A stretch of DNA of 63,986 nucleotides, the filler included, from Sanchytrium tribonematis (taxonomy: Eukaryota): NCBI GenBank assembly GCA_018985235.1. It is 10 parts of 10 records of this genome, joined end to end, with 100 filler letters (N's around TTAATTAATTAA, not from the genome) between each part and the next. Parts side by side here need not be neighbours in the genome. Positions count along the whole stretch, not along the records: positions 19,498 to 25,868 come from JADGIG010000531.1; positions 25,969 to 32,334 come from JADGIG010000532.1; positions 32,435 to 38,767 come from JADGIG010000534.1; 7 more parts are not named here. One strand, written 5' to 3'. The notes below the pieces were generated by a model. The model made no database searches. It was not told the DNA's origin and saw only the letters and a list, made by a program, of their open reading frames with translations. The first letter of the stretch is position 1. Every line of letters begins with the position of its first letter. Below are positions 23,353-34,793 of the stretch, piece after piece. A program made the translations under genes and the position numbers.

Positions 23353-24499
23353 ATGTTAAACAGAAACTTGTTGGCATTAAAACGTGTTGTACCAATTACT
23401 ATTGGCGATGTTGACAAAAGTTTTACATTCGTAATCGAGCCCTATCAATTGCATAAAATTGATCCTAAAGATGGTCCAGATTTAGAAGTCACACTAACAA
23501 AAGGAGAGTTATTAGATATGTACTCGTCAATGATGTTGATGCGTCGTATGGAAACTGCAGCTGATGCATTATACAAACAAAAATTAATCAGGGGATTTTG
23601 TCACTTGAATTCCGGGCAAGAAGCTGTCAGCGTTGGAATCGAGAGCGCAATAGACAATGATGACTCAATCATTACAGCTTACCGATGTCATGGCTTTGCA
23701 ATGGTACGAGGTGGTACTGTAAAATCTATCCTAGCCGAATTGCTTGGTCGTGCGGGAGGGATTACTAAAGGAAAGGGAGGATCGATGCATATGTTTGCTC
23801 CTGAATTTTATGGTGGTAATGGCATTGTGGGAGCTCAAGTGCCAGTAGGTGCAGGAATTGCATTTAAACATTGGTATAACAAAACCAAGAAGGTTTCTGT
23901 ATCTTTGTATGGGGATGGTGCTGCTAATCAAGTAATTTTTATTTATGAAGGGGCAAATATTCGAGGCATATAATTTGGCTAAATTATGGAAACTACCTGC
24001 TATATTTGCATGCGAAAATAACAGGTATGGTATGGGAACCTCTGCTGCACGTGCCTCCGCTTCTTTTGAATACTTCACTCGAGGTGATTATATTCCAGGA
24101 ATTAAAGTCAATGGTATGGATGTCTTATCGGTTCATAAAGCACTTAAGTTTTCCAAAGAATTCTGCAATGTTCAAGGCCCAATAGTCCTGGAAATGGAAA
24201 CTTATAGGTATGGTGGTCATAGTATGAGCGACCCCGGTACGACTTACCGAACGAGAGAAGAAATAACAAATATGAGATCTAGAAGAGATCCTATCAACGG
24301 ATTAAAATCTAAAATTTTAGGAAAATCAATTGCAACGGAGGAAGAATTGAAAGCCATTGACAAACTATGCAAAGAGCATGTTGACAAGAGTGTGGAGGAG
24401 GCAAAAGCTCAACCAGAACCATCTTTAGACGAGCTTTGCTCTGACGTATATGTTGAAAAGACAGAAATGAGAAAAACTGTGCCTTCTGCGTATTTATAA
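23353..24499 (+). CDS. PDA1: Pyruvate dehydrogenase E1 alpha; exons 23353-23931 and 23951-24499
   Basis: IRGFCHL, GKGGSMH, GDGAANQ|GQIFEA and [13 protein letters not shown] motifs. Confidence 0.97.
23932..23950 (+). other. 19-nt spliceosomal intron GTAATTTTTATTTATGAAG
   Basis: Interrupts the highly conserved GDGAANQGQ TPP-binding motif. Removing exactly these 19 nt restores it. Confidence 0.96.
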
Positions 24500-24540
24500 T
24501 GAATAAAATTAAAATTTCTTAAATTTTCGAAACAACTCCG

Positions 24541-25868
24541 ATGAGTAATTTGGTAATTGACACAAATAAGCTTTTTCTTCCTAGCTTTGATCATACAATG
24601 GATGGAAATTTGTTTATGGATATTTATACTGATATTTATAACACTTGTACAAGAAACAGCCAACATGGAAAAGCCATGTATGAAGCACTAACAGATTTTT
24701 TAAAGAAAAAAATGAAAGAGATATTGAATACATGGGATGCAAATTCGAATGGATCCTTATTGCAACAATATTTAGATTTTTTCAAAAGATTTAAATTGAG
24801 TGCAAAATTTTATCATCATACGATGGATTATCTTAATCGTCATTGGATTAAAAGGGAACTTGATGAAGGCAAGCAAGTCTACGATATTAATACTACATGC
24901 TTACTCACTTTTAAGCAAGCACTATTTGAAATAGTTCAAGATAGGTTGCTTAATGAAGTTCATGATAAATTAAAAAAACATAGACAATTATTTATTCAGG
25001 AAACCTCAGATAAAATCAATAATATAAAGGGACAGATAATTGAAGCAACCGAGCAGGTTCAAATCGAAACCCAACTAAGTGAGTTGGTTGCTAGCATTAT
25101 GCTTATATGTCTCAGCGAGCAGCAGTATTATCATGATCATTTCATAGCGCCTTACAAAAGCTGGATGAATCAATATAAGACATTTTATGATTCCTTATTT
25201 GTTGAACAAATGGATTCTAACCGTTTGCTCTTCTATATGAGACATTCTCAAAGTGTTCTTCAATTTGAGTATCACATGCTTGATGAATGCTTCAATCAAG
25301 TATTTATAGATGAGCTTAAGGAAGCTCTACATGGTCTTTTAATTGAAAAATACAAGGATTATATCATTAATCATTTGCTGACTTTCTTGAAAGAATTGAA
25401 CAAAGAGGGTTTGAAAAAAAGTTGGGAGCATTTAGACGTTATCTCTTTCAAGCAACCACTGTATGACATTGTATATCAATTCATTGCAGATCACTTGAAA
25501 AATTCGCAAAATGACATTGTGGATGCAAAAGGGGACAGCAATGAACAATTGAATCAATCTGGATTAGTAAAACACTATATGACGATATACAACCACTATA
25601 TGAGTCTTATGGAATGCTTTTCGAATGATCCAGGTTGCATTGCGTCTCTAGATAAAGCATTTACAGATCACATTAATACAATTGCAAATGTCCCTGAGAT
25701 ACTTGCTAAACAAGCAGACACAGTCTTGAAGAAGATGCAAAGTGATAGAGACTATGTTGAAAGTAATTTAAAAGACATTCTTGTATTGTTCAAGTATATT
25801 TCTGATAAGGATATTTTTCACAAAGTTTATAGTAAAGGACTTGCGAAAAGATTGTTATTTGGATCCAG
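24541..25868 (+). CDS. Cullin (Cul1/Cdc53-like), 3' truncated
   Basis: YLNRHWIKRE, SLDKAF, PEILAK and FKYISDKDIFHKVYSKGLAKRL motifs. Confidence 0.9.
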
Positions 25869-26193
25869 NNNNNNNNNNNNNNNNNNNNNNNNNNNNNNNN
25901 NNNNNNNNNNNNTTAATTAATTAANNNNNNNNNNNNNNNNNNNNNNNNNNNNNNNNNNNNNNNNNNNNCATTACAACAACCATTTATCATTTCACTCTAT
26001 TTCCAGAACCAGAATGAAATTAGAAAATAAGATTTATTTATTTGACAAAATGGTAAATTTGGATAATTTCCAATCACAACATCTGCAAATTTTAAATAGC
26101 AGAATAGGACAATTTATGGATAAACACCAACTGCACTAGGAATCTGATGGTATTGTTTTCATGTCAATGACATGAAATAATCCCTTTAATAAA

Positions 26194-26225
26194 TTCTTCT
26201 TCTTCTTCTTCTTCTTCTTCTTCTT
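26194..26225 (+). repeat. (TTC)n microsatellite, about 10 copies
   Basis: Read directly from the sequence. Confidence 0.95.
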
Positions 26226-26239
26226 GCCATGTTCATTGA

Positions 26240-27183
26240 TTCCCTTGGAGAATTCCATACAGTATCATTGCCTACGCTGATGATGTGGTCTTCATTGCAA
26301 AGGGTATAGGTATAATGAGAAGATTATTGAGATATTTTAGTGATTTCTTGACTAGCAACCACATGAGTGTGTCAATTTCCAAATGTGGCTCTTTTAATTC
26401 ATCGACATTGAAAATCCAGAACTCAAATACTCCTTTAGTTGATGAATCCAGATTCACACCATTTTGGATAGACTCAATGAATAAGGCATTAAATTTACTT
26501 GGATGTGCACCATTCATTCAAAGATATCATCAATACAGATCAAGAATTGCCTCTAAAATTTCAGATTTCTTTGATTTGCCACTTGATCAAAATCATCACA
26601 GAAATGTATTAAATGGAATAATAAGAACTGCTAGTGATATGGAAAATATTGATGAATCCAGATTCACACCATTTGGATAGGCTCAATGAGTGATGTTTAT
26701 GAAAAATACGTTTGCAAGATAATTTTACACATTTACCCTCCTAATTGCTGCCAAATATGTAAAAGATTATATGGAATAGAAACGCATTTGTCATAGAATC
26801 ATGTATTTGAGTATCATTTGGGAATCGAAGAGAATCTTCCCCAATTACTCCATGGTTTTCAAACCCATCATTTTGCCAATTACAATTTATTTGATTTGGT
26901 CAATTAGTATTGTTTTTGCAGTTATGAATTTAATCATTCATTTTCAAAAGTGTCACACTATTTACTGCAATTTATTTATGACCAATTTCAAGAGAATATT
27001 GCAACTGAAGAATTTGCTCAAATTTTACTTCCACATTTGCCATCTATGTATCAAGAACAACACGTAATACATCCTGAAGGTGCTTATAGTTTTATGAGAT
27101 ACATTAATGGCTTATTAATTCAAAAGAATGTGTGTACTGATGAAGTATTTTTACAAAGATTATTGAGAAACAGATTTTTGTAA
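26240..27183 (+). pseudogene. Decayed non-LTR retrotransposon fragment (RT core and C-terminal remnant)
   Basis: IIAYADDVVFIA, SISKC and NLLG segments, then broken frames and an internal duplication of about 40 nt. Confidence 0.65.
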
Positions 27184-27510
27184 ACTTGTATATAATAAGA
27201 AAAGAGATTTACTGCTACCAAGTGCGAGAAGATTAAAGTAACTATAATTTTCCCAAATTCCTGCTAAATGCACTGCCTTACGGGCATGTCCTTTGATACA
27301 CAATAGAAAATTGGTTGGCAAATCAGTAATTCTATAATCACCTGAGTTCCAGCCGAGTGCATCAGCATGCATTTCAAATTTCATAATAAATGCTGGAAGA
27401 TCCCATGAATTGCTTCCATCAAATGTCTCAATTTCGACCTTTCCATTTTTCACTTTACAGGTGGTAAACTTTTTAGCTTTGATTTCTTTTACGCGGGTTG
27501 AATTCAACAT
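27160..27510 (-). pseudogene. Ty3/Gypsy gag (capsid) fragment
   Basis: IETFDGS...AFIMKFEMHADALGW...CIKGHA pattern typical of retrotransposon gag. Confidence 0.6.
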
Positions 27511-27752
27511 GACAAGAATAAGCTAAAGGCAAGGTATTTATTACTATCGAGTCTCCTTAAATAGATGGTGCAAGTAACTGCGTGTCACCATTTCTCCAAC
27601 AAACAATTGTATCATTCCAATCAATTGTGTCGACTTAATTAACGACATTATCGTCGTCGCTAATGTCATCCATGACAGTCTCACTTAAGTGATTACAGAT
27701 AGTACAATGTCAAGTTTAAAAAGGAAAAGAAAAAGCGATAGGACTGCGTAAA

Positions 27753-28196
27753 ATGAGTTTAAATAAGTTCTTTAAAATAAAGGATTTTGAGTATGGTCAA
27801 TTGTGTGCAACGCAGGCACAATTAGAAGGAACATTGTATAGTATAGAAGCTAAAATGGAAGCTGAATTGGAAATATTTACTAGTGATATTGGTGAAATAC
27901 CAAACACAACAAAGGAAACAAGTCAAATGAAGAAGGAATTAGAGGCTAAATATGGGTCTATTATAGCCAGATTAAATAAAAATATTGGTGCAGCAAAAGT
28001 GGAGCTCAATCAATTGAAGATTGATGCCATTATGTTAATGGAAATGGGAATGGATAAGGAGATGGTGATTAGGACCATTTCAACACCTAATACAACACTA
28101 GAAGGCCTCAATCTTGTACATCTTGCGAGATCCCAGAAGTTAAAGGATGGTACCATGTTCTGGGGATGTTTTTCAAAACACGGTAAAACCCGTTAG
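27753..28196 (+). CDS. Hypothetical coiled-coil ORF running into a Tc1 transposase remnant
   Basis: 147-aa ORF whose last residues (TMFWGCFS) belong to a transposase motif. Confidence 0.35.
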   Translation: MSLNKFFKIKDFEYGQLCATQAQLEGTLYSIEAKMEAELEIFTSDIGEIPNTTKETSQMKKELEAKYGSIIARLNKNIGAAKVELNQLKIDAIMLMEMGMDKEMVIRTISTPNTTLEGLNLVHLARSQKLKDGTMFWGCFSKHGKTR

Positions 28197-28370
28197 TCAC
28201 TGTTGATGACCGCATGAATGTATTAGTATATCAGGAAATGCTTTAAAGTATCTAGTTACCTGAAATTGCCAAATCGAGAAAGAGTTCTCACCCCATTTTT
28301 ATGCAAGATAATACACCCCCTCATCGAGCTAGAATAACATCTGCCTGGTTTGGTTCTAGTGGAATTGACT
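28145..28370 (+). pseudogene. Tc1/mariner DDE transposase remnant
   Basis: MFWGCFS, MN..VYQEML and FMQDNTPPHRA motifs with stops and frameshifts. Confidence 0.75.
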
Positions 28371-28730
28371 GAATATCTTTACACTTTTAATTGAACTAGA
28401 ATTATAAATCATCCTTTTTGTCAAAAGTCGTGGTTGATAGGGGGAACGGGAATACATTTTATTTGCTCAGTTTTGTAATGCGGTAGGGAAAATTGTAATC
28501 ACCCTGGCCATCGGTGACATCCAAGGATTTGGGTGCCTTAATCAATAAGTCCCTCATCCCTTGGATTGACTTCGCTTTCTTGTTTTTGTTTTCGTAAATA
28601 TTTTTCGAATGAACCATTATTTATTGAGATTAAATGGTCGGCCTGCTTTCATAGCTTCCTCAGCCGTGGCAGTTTCCAACGGAATGCATTCAACCCACTT
28701 ACCAGTGCATTAACCAATCATGAATCTTCA

Positions 28731-29348
28731 ATGCAAACTCACTCAATATCCGTTGTTATTTTTTATTATCGCAATCATATCAGGGAAACCCGAAAATTTT
28801 CAACCCAACTTCCAAATTGGAATTTTGTTCCACATAAAATAGTACAATTAGCGGCTATTTTACAGGGCATCTATTTGGGTTTAAGTTCCAATATTCCATT
28901 GGTTGGAAAATCAATAGTTGTGAACTCCAGTTGTAAAATGGTACTCAATAATTTATTGTCTTTAAAAGAAAATTTTAATTTATATACTAATCTTGAAGGA
29001 TTTGAGTTATATTCCTTGTTTCATAAATTTACGCCTTATTTTTCAAGCTTAAATTTGAATTACTGTTCTGATGCAGGCAGTAATCTAGGACTTATTTTAG
29101 CAAATTATCATAGCAACGTGCCAGAAAATAATATTCCCAATTTATTTATCCCATCACAAATTCAATGGAAAAAGAAGTGGACATCGGATCAGGATATTCG
29201 ATGGAGCCATTCTCACCTGATTCAAAGCAATGAATTTGACGAAGCACTCAGAGTGTTTGGTCAATATAATAGACAGTATATGATTCCACCTGTACCTTCA
29301 CGACCAAGAACGCCTAGCATCACTGAGAGAATGGAGTTTTCAATTTAA
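28731..29348 (+). CDS. RNase H-like (RVT_3 type) protein with degenerate catalytic residues
   Basis: IVQLAAILQGI...IVVNSSCKMVLN...NLGLILAN follows the RNase HI spacing. Start uncertain. Confidence 0.45.
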   Translation: MQTHSISVVIFYYRNHIRETRKFSTQLPNWNFVPHKIVQLAAILQGIYLGLSSNIPLVGKSIVVNSSCKMVLNNLLSLKENFNLYTNLEGFELYSLFHKFTPYFSSLNLNYCSDAGSNLGLILANYHSNVPENNIPNLFIPSQIQWKKKWTSDQDIRWSHSHLIQSNEFDEALRVFGQYNRQYMIPPVPSRPRTPSITERMEFSI

Positions 29349-29357
29349 TTTATATAA

Positions 29358-31080
29358 TTAGGTGAGGTTTGAAGAACGACATTTGTCATGACTACAATGT
29401 TCCCCTAAATAAATAAGATAAGGAAAAAAAAAGTAATCAGCAATAGTAAGCAAATATCGATAAGTTTTACCACCATCATCACATTCTGGTAATCTTCCAA
29501 TCATGTCAATACCCACAGTGTGGAAAGGATATGATCCGTAATCTACTTCCTGTGACTTCCAATGTCTCTTTTCATTCTTCTTGCTCATTGTACATTCTTC
29601 ACAACTCGCAATAGCATCACTACACTCTTTCTTTTTGACCTTGAATCCTCCTTTAGTAATGTATTTGAATATTTTTTCGATTCCTGCATCGTGCAGTCTT
29701 TGATAAATTTTAAAAATATCGGCCTGTTCAAGGGAGTCTTTTCCCTCCAAAAATTCAGACATCGGGAAAATCTTCCCTATTTGGTCATTCAATCGAGTAA
29801 AGCTGTCTGCAAACACATTGAAAGGACCTTTAATGTAATGAATAGTGAGGTGAAAAGGCATCAAAATCATAGCCCACCTTGCAATTCTACCCCTCAAATC
29901 ATTGCTCTTCAAATACGTAAGTGACTGATGATCAGTTCGAACAATGGTGTCGTCACGTCCCTCCAAGAAGTAACAAAATTTCTGCACTGAATAAACTATT
30001 CTAAACAATTCTGTTTCTCTGATCGCCCAATTGATTTCATTGTTCTTTAGGGATCTCGAGACAACTGCAATAATCTCATCATCTTGCTTTAACACACCAG
30101 CGATTGCTACGGTACTAGCATCACATTCTAACACAAACGGTTTGGTAAAGTCAGTGTGCTTTGTCAAAATTGGTTTGATAATACCTTCCTTCAATTGTGC
30201 AAATGCATTCTCATGACTCTGGTACCAATGAAATAATACATCTTTTTTCAATAAATTGTATAAGGGAACTGTCTTGTCTGCAAATTGGTGGATATGGCCC
30301 CTATAAAAGGATACCATTCCTAAAAATGTCCTAATTTGCTTCAATGTTTGTGATCGAGGATCGTCCACAATTGGTTGAATACGTGCTGGATCAGGTCGTA
30401 CGCCGTCTGGATTAATCAAAAATCCCAAAGAGTTGATCTCCTGGAGCAAAAACTTGCATTTCTGTAACCCAGTCTTCACGTTGTAGGATTCCAAGATCCT
30501 CATCACCTCATTTAGCACCTCCAACTGATCAGGTGTTGTGTGGAGATTAAGTTGCCTATAATCAACACTGATCCTCCGACCTAGGTTTGGGTGCGAGTAC
30601 AACACTTGCAGCGTATTCCTTATGATCCGTCACCTCTTCAATAATTCCTTGATCCAACATGTATTGGATTTTAATCTGCCTTTGTGCTTGTGATGCGCGA
30701 TATGGTCGGCTACGACGAGGAATTCCTGTTGTCTGCAACTCATGATAAATTGGAATCGTGCATCCTAACTTTCCAGAATAACACTTTGGATAAGACAATA
30801 AAATCTGTTTAACACTTTCTTGACTTCCGCCAATCACCTCATCCCAGTTTACAGGTTGAATCACTTCACTACTGGTAATGAAGTCCTCATCAATATCCAT
30901 ATCAGCAACCACACAAATGTTTTCCTGCTGTCAATATTCTTCAAGGAATCTAACCCAATCAATAAATCATACTTCTTATTGTTCAAATTTGTTAAAGCCC
31001 ATTTGAATCTCCACTTTGGTGTCTTTTTCGATTTGACATGGAATAGAAGCTGTGGTGAATGTTCTTATCCAAAATATTAG
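29358..31080 (-). pseudogene. Defective Ty3/Gypsy pol (protease remnant, RT with core deletion, RNase H, partial integrase)
   Basis: LLIGLD, RPYR, VDYRQLN, KCKF, FLGMVSFYR, LECDAS, TDHQSL and PFHTVGIDMIG motifs. Frameshift near 30580; no YxDD. Confidence 0.88.
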
Positions 31081-31464
31081 TGTCTTTTAGGATCATGCAC
31101 ATTCGATTTTGGATAATATACAATAAAATTGGTTGCGAATTGATAATCTGTTTAATTAATGAATTGTATTTGATTCAAATGAATTAAAGTAGATGCTAAT
31201 TTGATTTCATATCCAAATGGATCCAATTTAAAATTTTTAATGGTAATGAATCATGCAGAACCATTATCTTCGACGTTTTCGTCAATAGAAAATGGTAAAC
31301 TCTCGACGTGATCGTCAATGAGTTTTTTACACGTTCGAAGGAGAAGATTTTTTTTATTTTATGGACAATTGTAGAAGATGATTGGATAAAATAAATTTGT
31401 GTTCAATTTGAGTTATTTTTGATTGGTTATCTTTTATTTTTAGTTTACCCGCTATTTTTTGGTA

Positions 31465-32024
31465 ATGGCACGTTCAAAAGAAACCTATAAAAGTAACAAT
31501 GCAACCAAAACTTATCTTCTAAAGCTCCTCGTAAACATTATTCCGGTAAATCTTTCAAAGAAGCACCATCAAACAAAAAATTTAAGATTGCATCCAATCG
31601 ATAAATTAACTCGAACTCAATTGCGAAGAATGCAAAATGCATTAAAGAAAAATCAAGAGCAATCTATTCAATTCATGGAAAAAGCATTTGAGAAAATGGA
31701 TGAAGACGTTAGTATTGACTTGTATTCGGACGAAAAACAAGTTCTTACAGATGCAATTGAAGTAAAAGAGAAACTAATTAGAACATGCAGTCACAACACG
31801 TCTCAAAAGTTGAGTTTACTTTGAAAAAATGTCATGGAATGAAATTGACATCAAATGGTGGACCATCAGATCTAGATTTTTATTGTTTGGTTTCATGGGA
31901 TGGAAAAGATGAGAATGATAATGATTATGAAGATTCATGGGAATTATACATCAATTTGTGTAATACAGTAACTGTTGGTGAATTTATGGAACGCAATGCA
32001 GACAAATTTGGAAATGCAAATTGA
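31465..32024 (+). CDS. Chromodomain-containing protein; exons 31465-31761 and 31782-32024
   Basis: YCLVSWDG...DSWELYINL chromo motif, joined in frame to the upstream ORF by a 20-nt intron. Confidence 0.6.
31762..31781 (+). other. 20-nt intron GTAAAAGAGAAACTAATTAG
   Basis: GTA donor and CTAAT branch. Phase-0 removal fuses two ORFs. Confidence 0.7.
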
Positions 32025-32434
32025 TATGATGGAGTTTATGATGATGATAACTATAAAGGACCTGAATCATTTTAATAAATAGTTTAGGAAATTTATTGGT
32101 TTTTTACTTCTTAGCTCTTCTTTTTTTTGTAATTTCTTCTTCATCGGTAATTAAATCATGCTTTAGTGGATTGACTGGTTGATCAAAACTAATCTGTAGG
32201 TCATTATCATCCAAATATTCTGTCTCCGTCGATGTTTCTAAAGGATGATCACAAACTGGAAATACAATTGAATGCATGTTTATGCCATTTGTTTGTTTTT
32301 CTTGCACTTCTTTGGAGACATATTGATAGCAGGANNNNNNNNNNNNNNNNNNNNNNNNNNNNNNNNNNNNNNNNNNNNTTAATTAATTAANNNNNNNNNN
32401 NNNNNNNNNNNNNNNNNNNNNNNNNNNNNNNNNN

Positions 32435-33244
32435 GTTTCGGGTCTGATTTGCTATTAATCTATAAATGAATAAACCTCCACAGAATGTAAATGCAAAAAT
32501 CTGGTTTTGAGATGTGGGAGAAAACCAATCTATCAAATCAATCGAAGAAGGTACATTTATATTAAATACTTTTTCGAACGTTATTTGGGGAAAATTTAAC
32601 CTATAGACAAAGAGGCTGCCAGCTATTGTGCCAACCGCAAGGAATGCAAAACCAGATTCAGCCACTACGGCCTTACTCCAAGATAAACTTCTGACATTTT
32701 CGATTTTCAAAGTACTTTTAAATTGGATATCATTATCAGTAACTAAGAAAAAATGTACACCGTGGTCATTTGAGATAGCTAAAAATGCAATTTTGTAAAC
32801 CGAGTGAAGGCTTGTGAAACTATTGCTCCAGGCAAATGCATTGATTGTTAACAATTGCAAGCTTTCACTATCCAAAATTTTGAATGGATCGACATCGAAG
32901 TGGCTTGCTAATCTAAAGTTGATTCTGTCTATAAGTGACCATTGACCAGTCTGATTATATAATAACAAATGATTTGCAACAAGTACAGCAAGAATGCAAC
33001 CATACCTAGAAATTATCGGGCTGAACCCAATTTGTTGAACATGCATTTCTAAACTTTCCAAAGAATAAAAATCGACATCATCTGGATCTTTTTCATAGTA
33101 AAATATTGGTACTTCTACATTTATACGGTCAAAATTTTGATCCTCAAATATAATCACTGATCTCTCCAATGCTACAGCAATTTGACCAGAATCAGATGTA
33201 ATTATTGAATCAATTGCGTCAGATCCATTTAATACATAGTTCAT
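32435..33244 (-). CDS. WD40-type protein, probable TFIIIC delta subunit (GTF3C4/Sfc9) N-terminus, 3' truncated
   Basis: SDSGQIAV, FSP....GCILAVL, FAWS and LSWS patterns. Confidence 0.6.
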
Positions 33245-33407
33245 TTTGTTGTACTTGGAATTGTTTCAAGTCAAATTTAAATGGATTCGAATAAATTGAC
33301 ATTGATATAATCAACGAGAGTTCAGTGGGAGATTCTCTTTGGCAATTCTGTTTGTAAGAAATTTGAAAATTAGGAATTCGAAAGCTTAAAGGTTAAAACC
33401 AGAGGAG

Positions 33408-34127
33408 ATGAAAAGAATACACAGTGATTATAATGTGCTTCCCAATAAGAAAGCACAAAGCATAAGCGGATTTCAACTAGCTATGATAAACTTCACACTA
33501 GGAATTGAGCCAATTTATATGGGAAACTTCGAACCCGCTATAAAAAAACATCTTTCGAAATGGCTAGGAAAGTATCAATCAAAGTTGGGTGGATGGTGCT
33601 TAACTTATTATGAAGGCAAAAGCAGATCCAAGATATGTGGCACTTTATCCGACAGCCCTAACATATATGTAAATTGCGAAGCAAAATGTTTAATGTTTTT
33701 TCCAAAAATAGAAACCGAAGTAAGGATTAAAGTTGTTTCTTCTTCCCCGCATCATATTGGTGGTTTGTTTTTAGGGTTTATTCATATTTCGATTCCGAAA
33801 GATTACATTCCTGAGAGATATGAATTCAAATATGATAATGCTATCTCTGGAAAATGGACTAATGGAAACATATCGTATGGGATGGGAGATATTCTCGATT
33901 GCTCTCTAATTGGAATGAAGCAAGACGGACACGATATGATGTTAATAGCGACGATATCTGACGATCGTGAAGAAATTCAAATGTATATTAAGGCTTACAC
34001 ACCAAATTACGTCCCTTTTGACGAAATAGGGCATTCAGATAGCGATTCAAGTTCAAGTGAATCAGACAATAGCTCAGATACATCTGGTTCTTTATCCGGC
34101 TCGTCTGATTCTTCATCTAATAAATAA
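33408..34127 (+). CDS. RPA43: RNA polymerase I subunit A43
   Basis: IEPIYMG, HLSKWL.KY...LGG and SPHHIGGL motifs, with a Ser/Asp-rich tail. Confidence 0.85.
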   Translation: MKRIHSDYNVLPNKKAQSISGFQLAMINFTLGIEPIYMGNFEPAIKKHLSKWLGKYQSKLGGWCLTYYEGKSRSKICGTLSDSPNIYVNCEAKCLMFFPKIETEVRIKVVSSSPHHIGGLFLGFIHISIPKDYIPERYEFKYDNAISGKWTNGNISYGMGDILDCSLIGMKQDGHDMMLIATISDDREEIQMYIKAYTPNYVPFDEIGHSDSDSSSSESDNSSDTSGSLSGSSDSSSNK

Positions 34128-34150
34128 ATTACGGGGAATTCTAATACAAA

Positions 34151-34606
34151 ATGAAGGATAAAGACAATCGTCCCAACTTCAATCTAAATATAGCCGGTAA
34201 AAAAAGAATTTGCATACTTCACACAAAATGGAATGCCAATTTGGTGGAAAGCCTTGTTTCTCAAGTGAAATCCGGTCTTACAGGACATGAAGTCGACATT
34301 CGCACTGTGCCAGGTTGTTACGAGCTGCCAATAGCTTGCCAAAAGTTATGTCAAAAAATGACAGATTCAAAGCCATACTATGATTGCATTGTTGCTGTGG
34401 GTGTCTTGATTAAAGGCGAAACATTTCATTTTGAATATATAGCTCAAAGTGTAGTTAAAGGACTAATGGATGTGCAACTCAAATACGATATGCCCATTGT
34501 CTTTGGAGTTTTAACAACCAGTTCTGAGAAACAAGTTACGGACAGGATTGAATTGGAGCTAGGCTTGGATTGGGCCGGAACCGCATTGGAATTAACACAA
34601 TTTTAA
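34151..34606 (+). CDS. RIB4: 6,7-dimethyl-8-ribityllumazine synthase
   Basis: TVPGCYELP, GVLIKGETFHFEYI and PIVFGVLT motifs. Confidence 0.96.
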   Translation: MKDKDNRPNFNLNIAGKKRICILHTKWNANLVESLVSQVKSGLTGHEVDIRTVPGCYELPIACQKLCQKMTDSKPYYDCIVAVGVLIKGETFHFEYIAQSVVKGLMDVQLKYDMPIVFGVLTTSSEKQVTDRIELELGLDWAGTALELTQF

Positions 34607-34793
34607 ATAAAGGATTTGCGATGATACCAATTTCCACAAAACAAGGCAACTTTCGTCCCAGGCGGGTGTTCTAAAATTAGGATTTTAGGTCTGATGTATC
34701 GCATAAATATCCAATCAATGTAGAATATCGCCTATAATCAGACGCAATCAAGTACAAATCTATATATTAAAGAAAACATTGGATTTACTATCT

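Noticed and set aside
23308..24499. Programmed frameshifting or pseudogenisation of PDA1, UAP1, KEX1 and the TFIIIC gene
   Set aside because: Each break is resolved exactly by a GT-AG tiny intron.
27628..27647. Short imperfect palindrome TGTCG-ACTTAATTAA-CGACA
   Set aside because: Single short occurrence with no partner terminus or target duplication identified.
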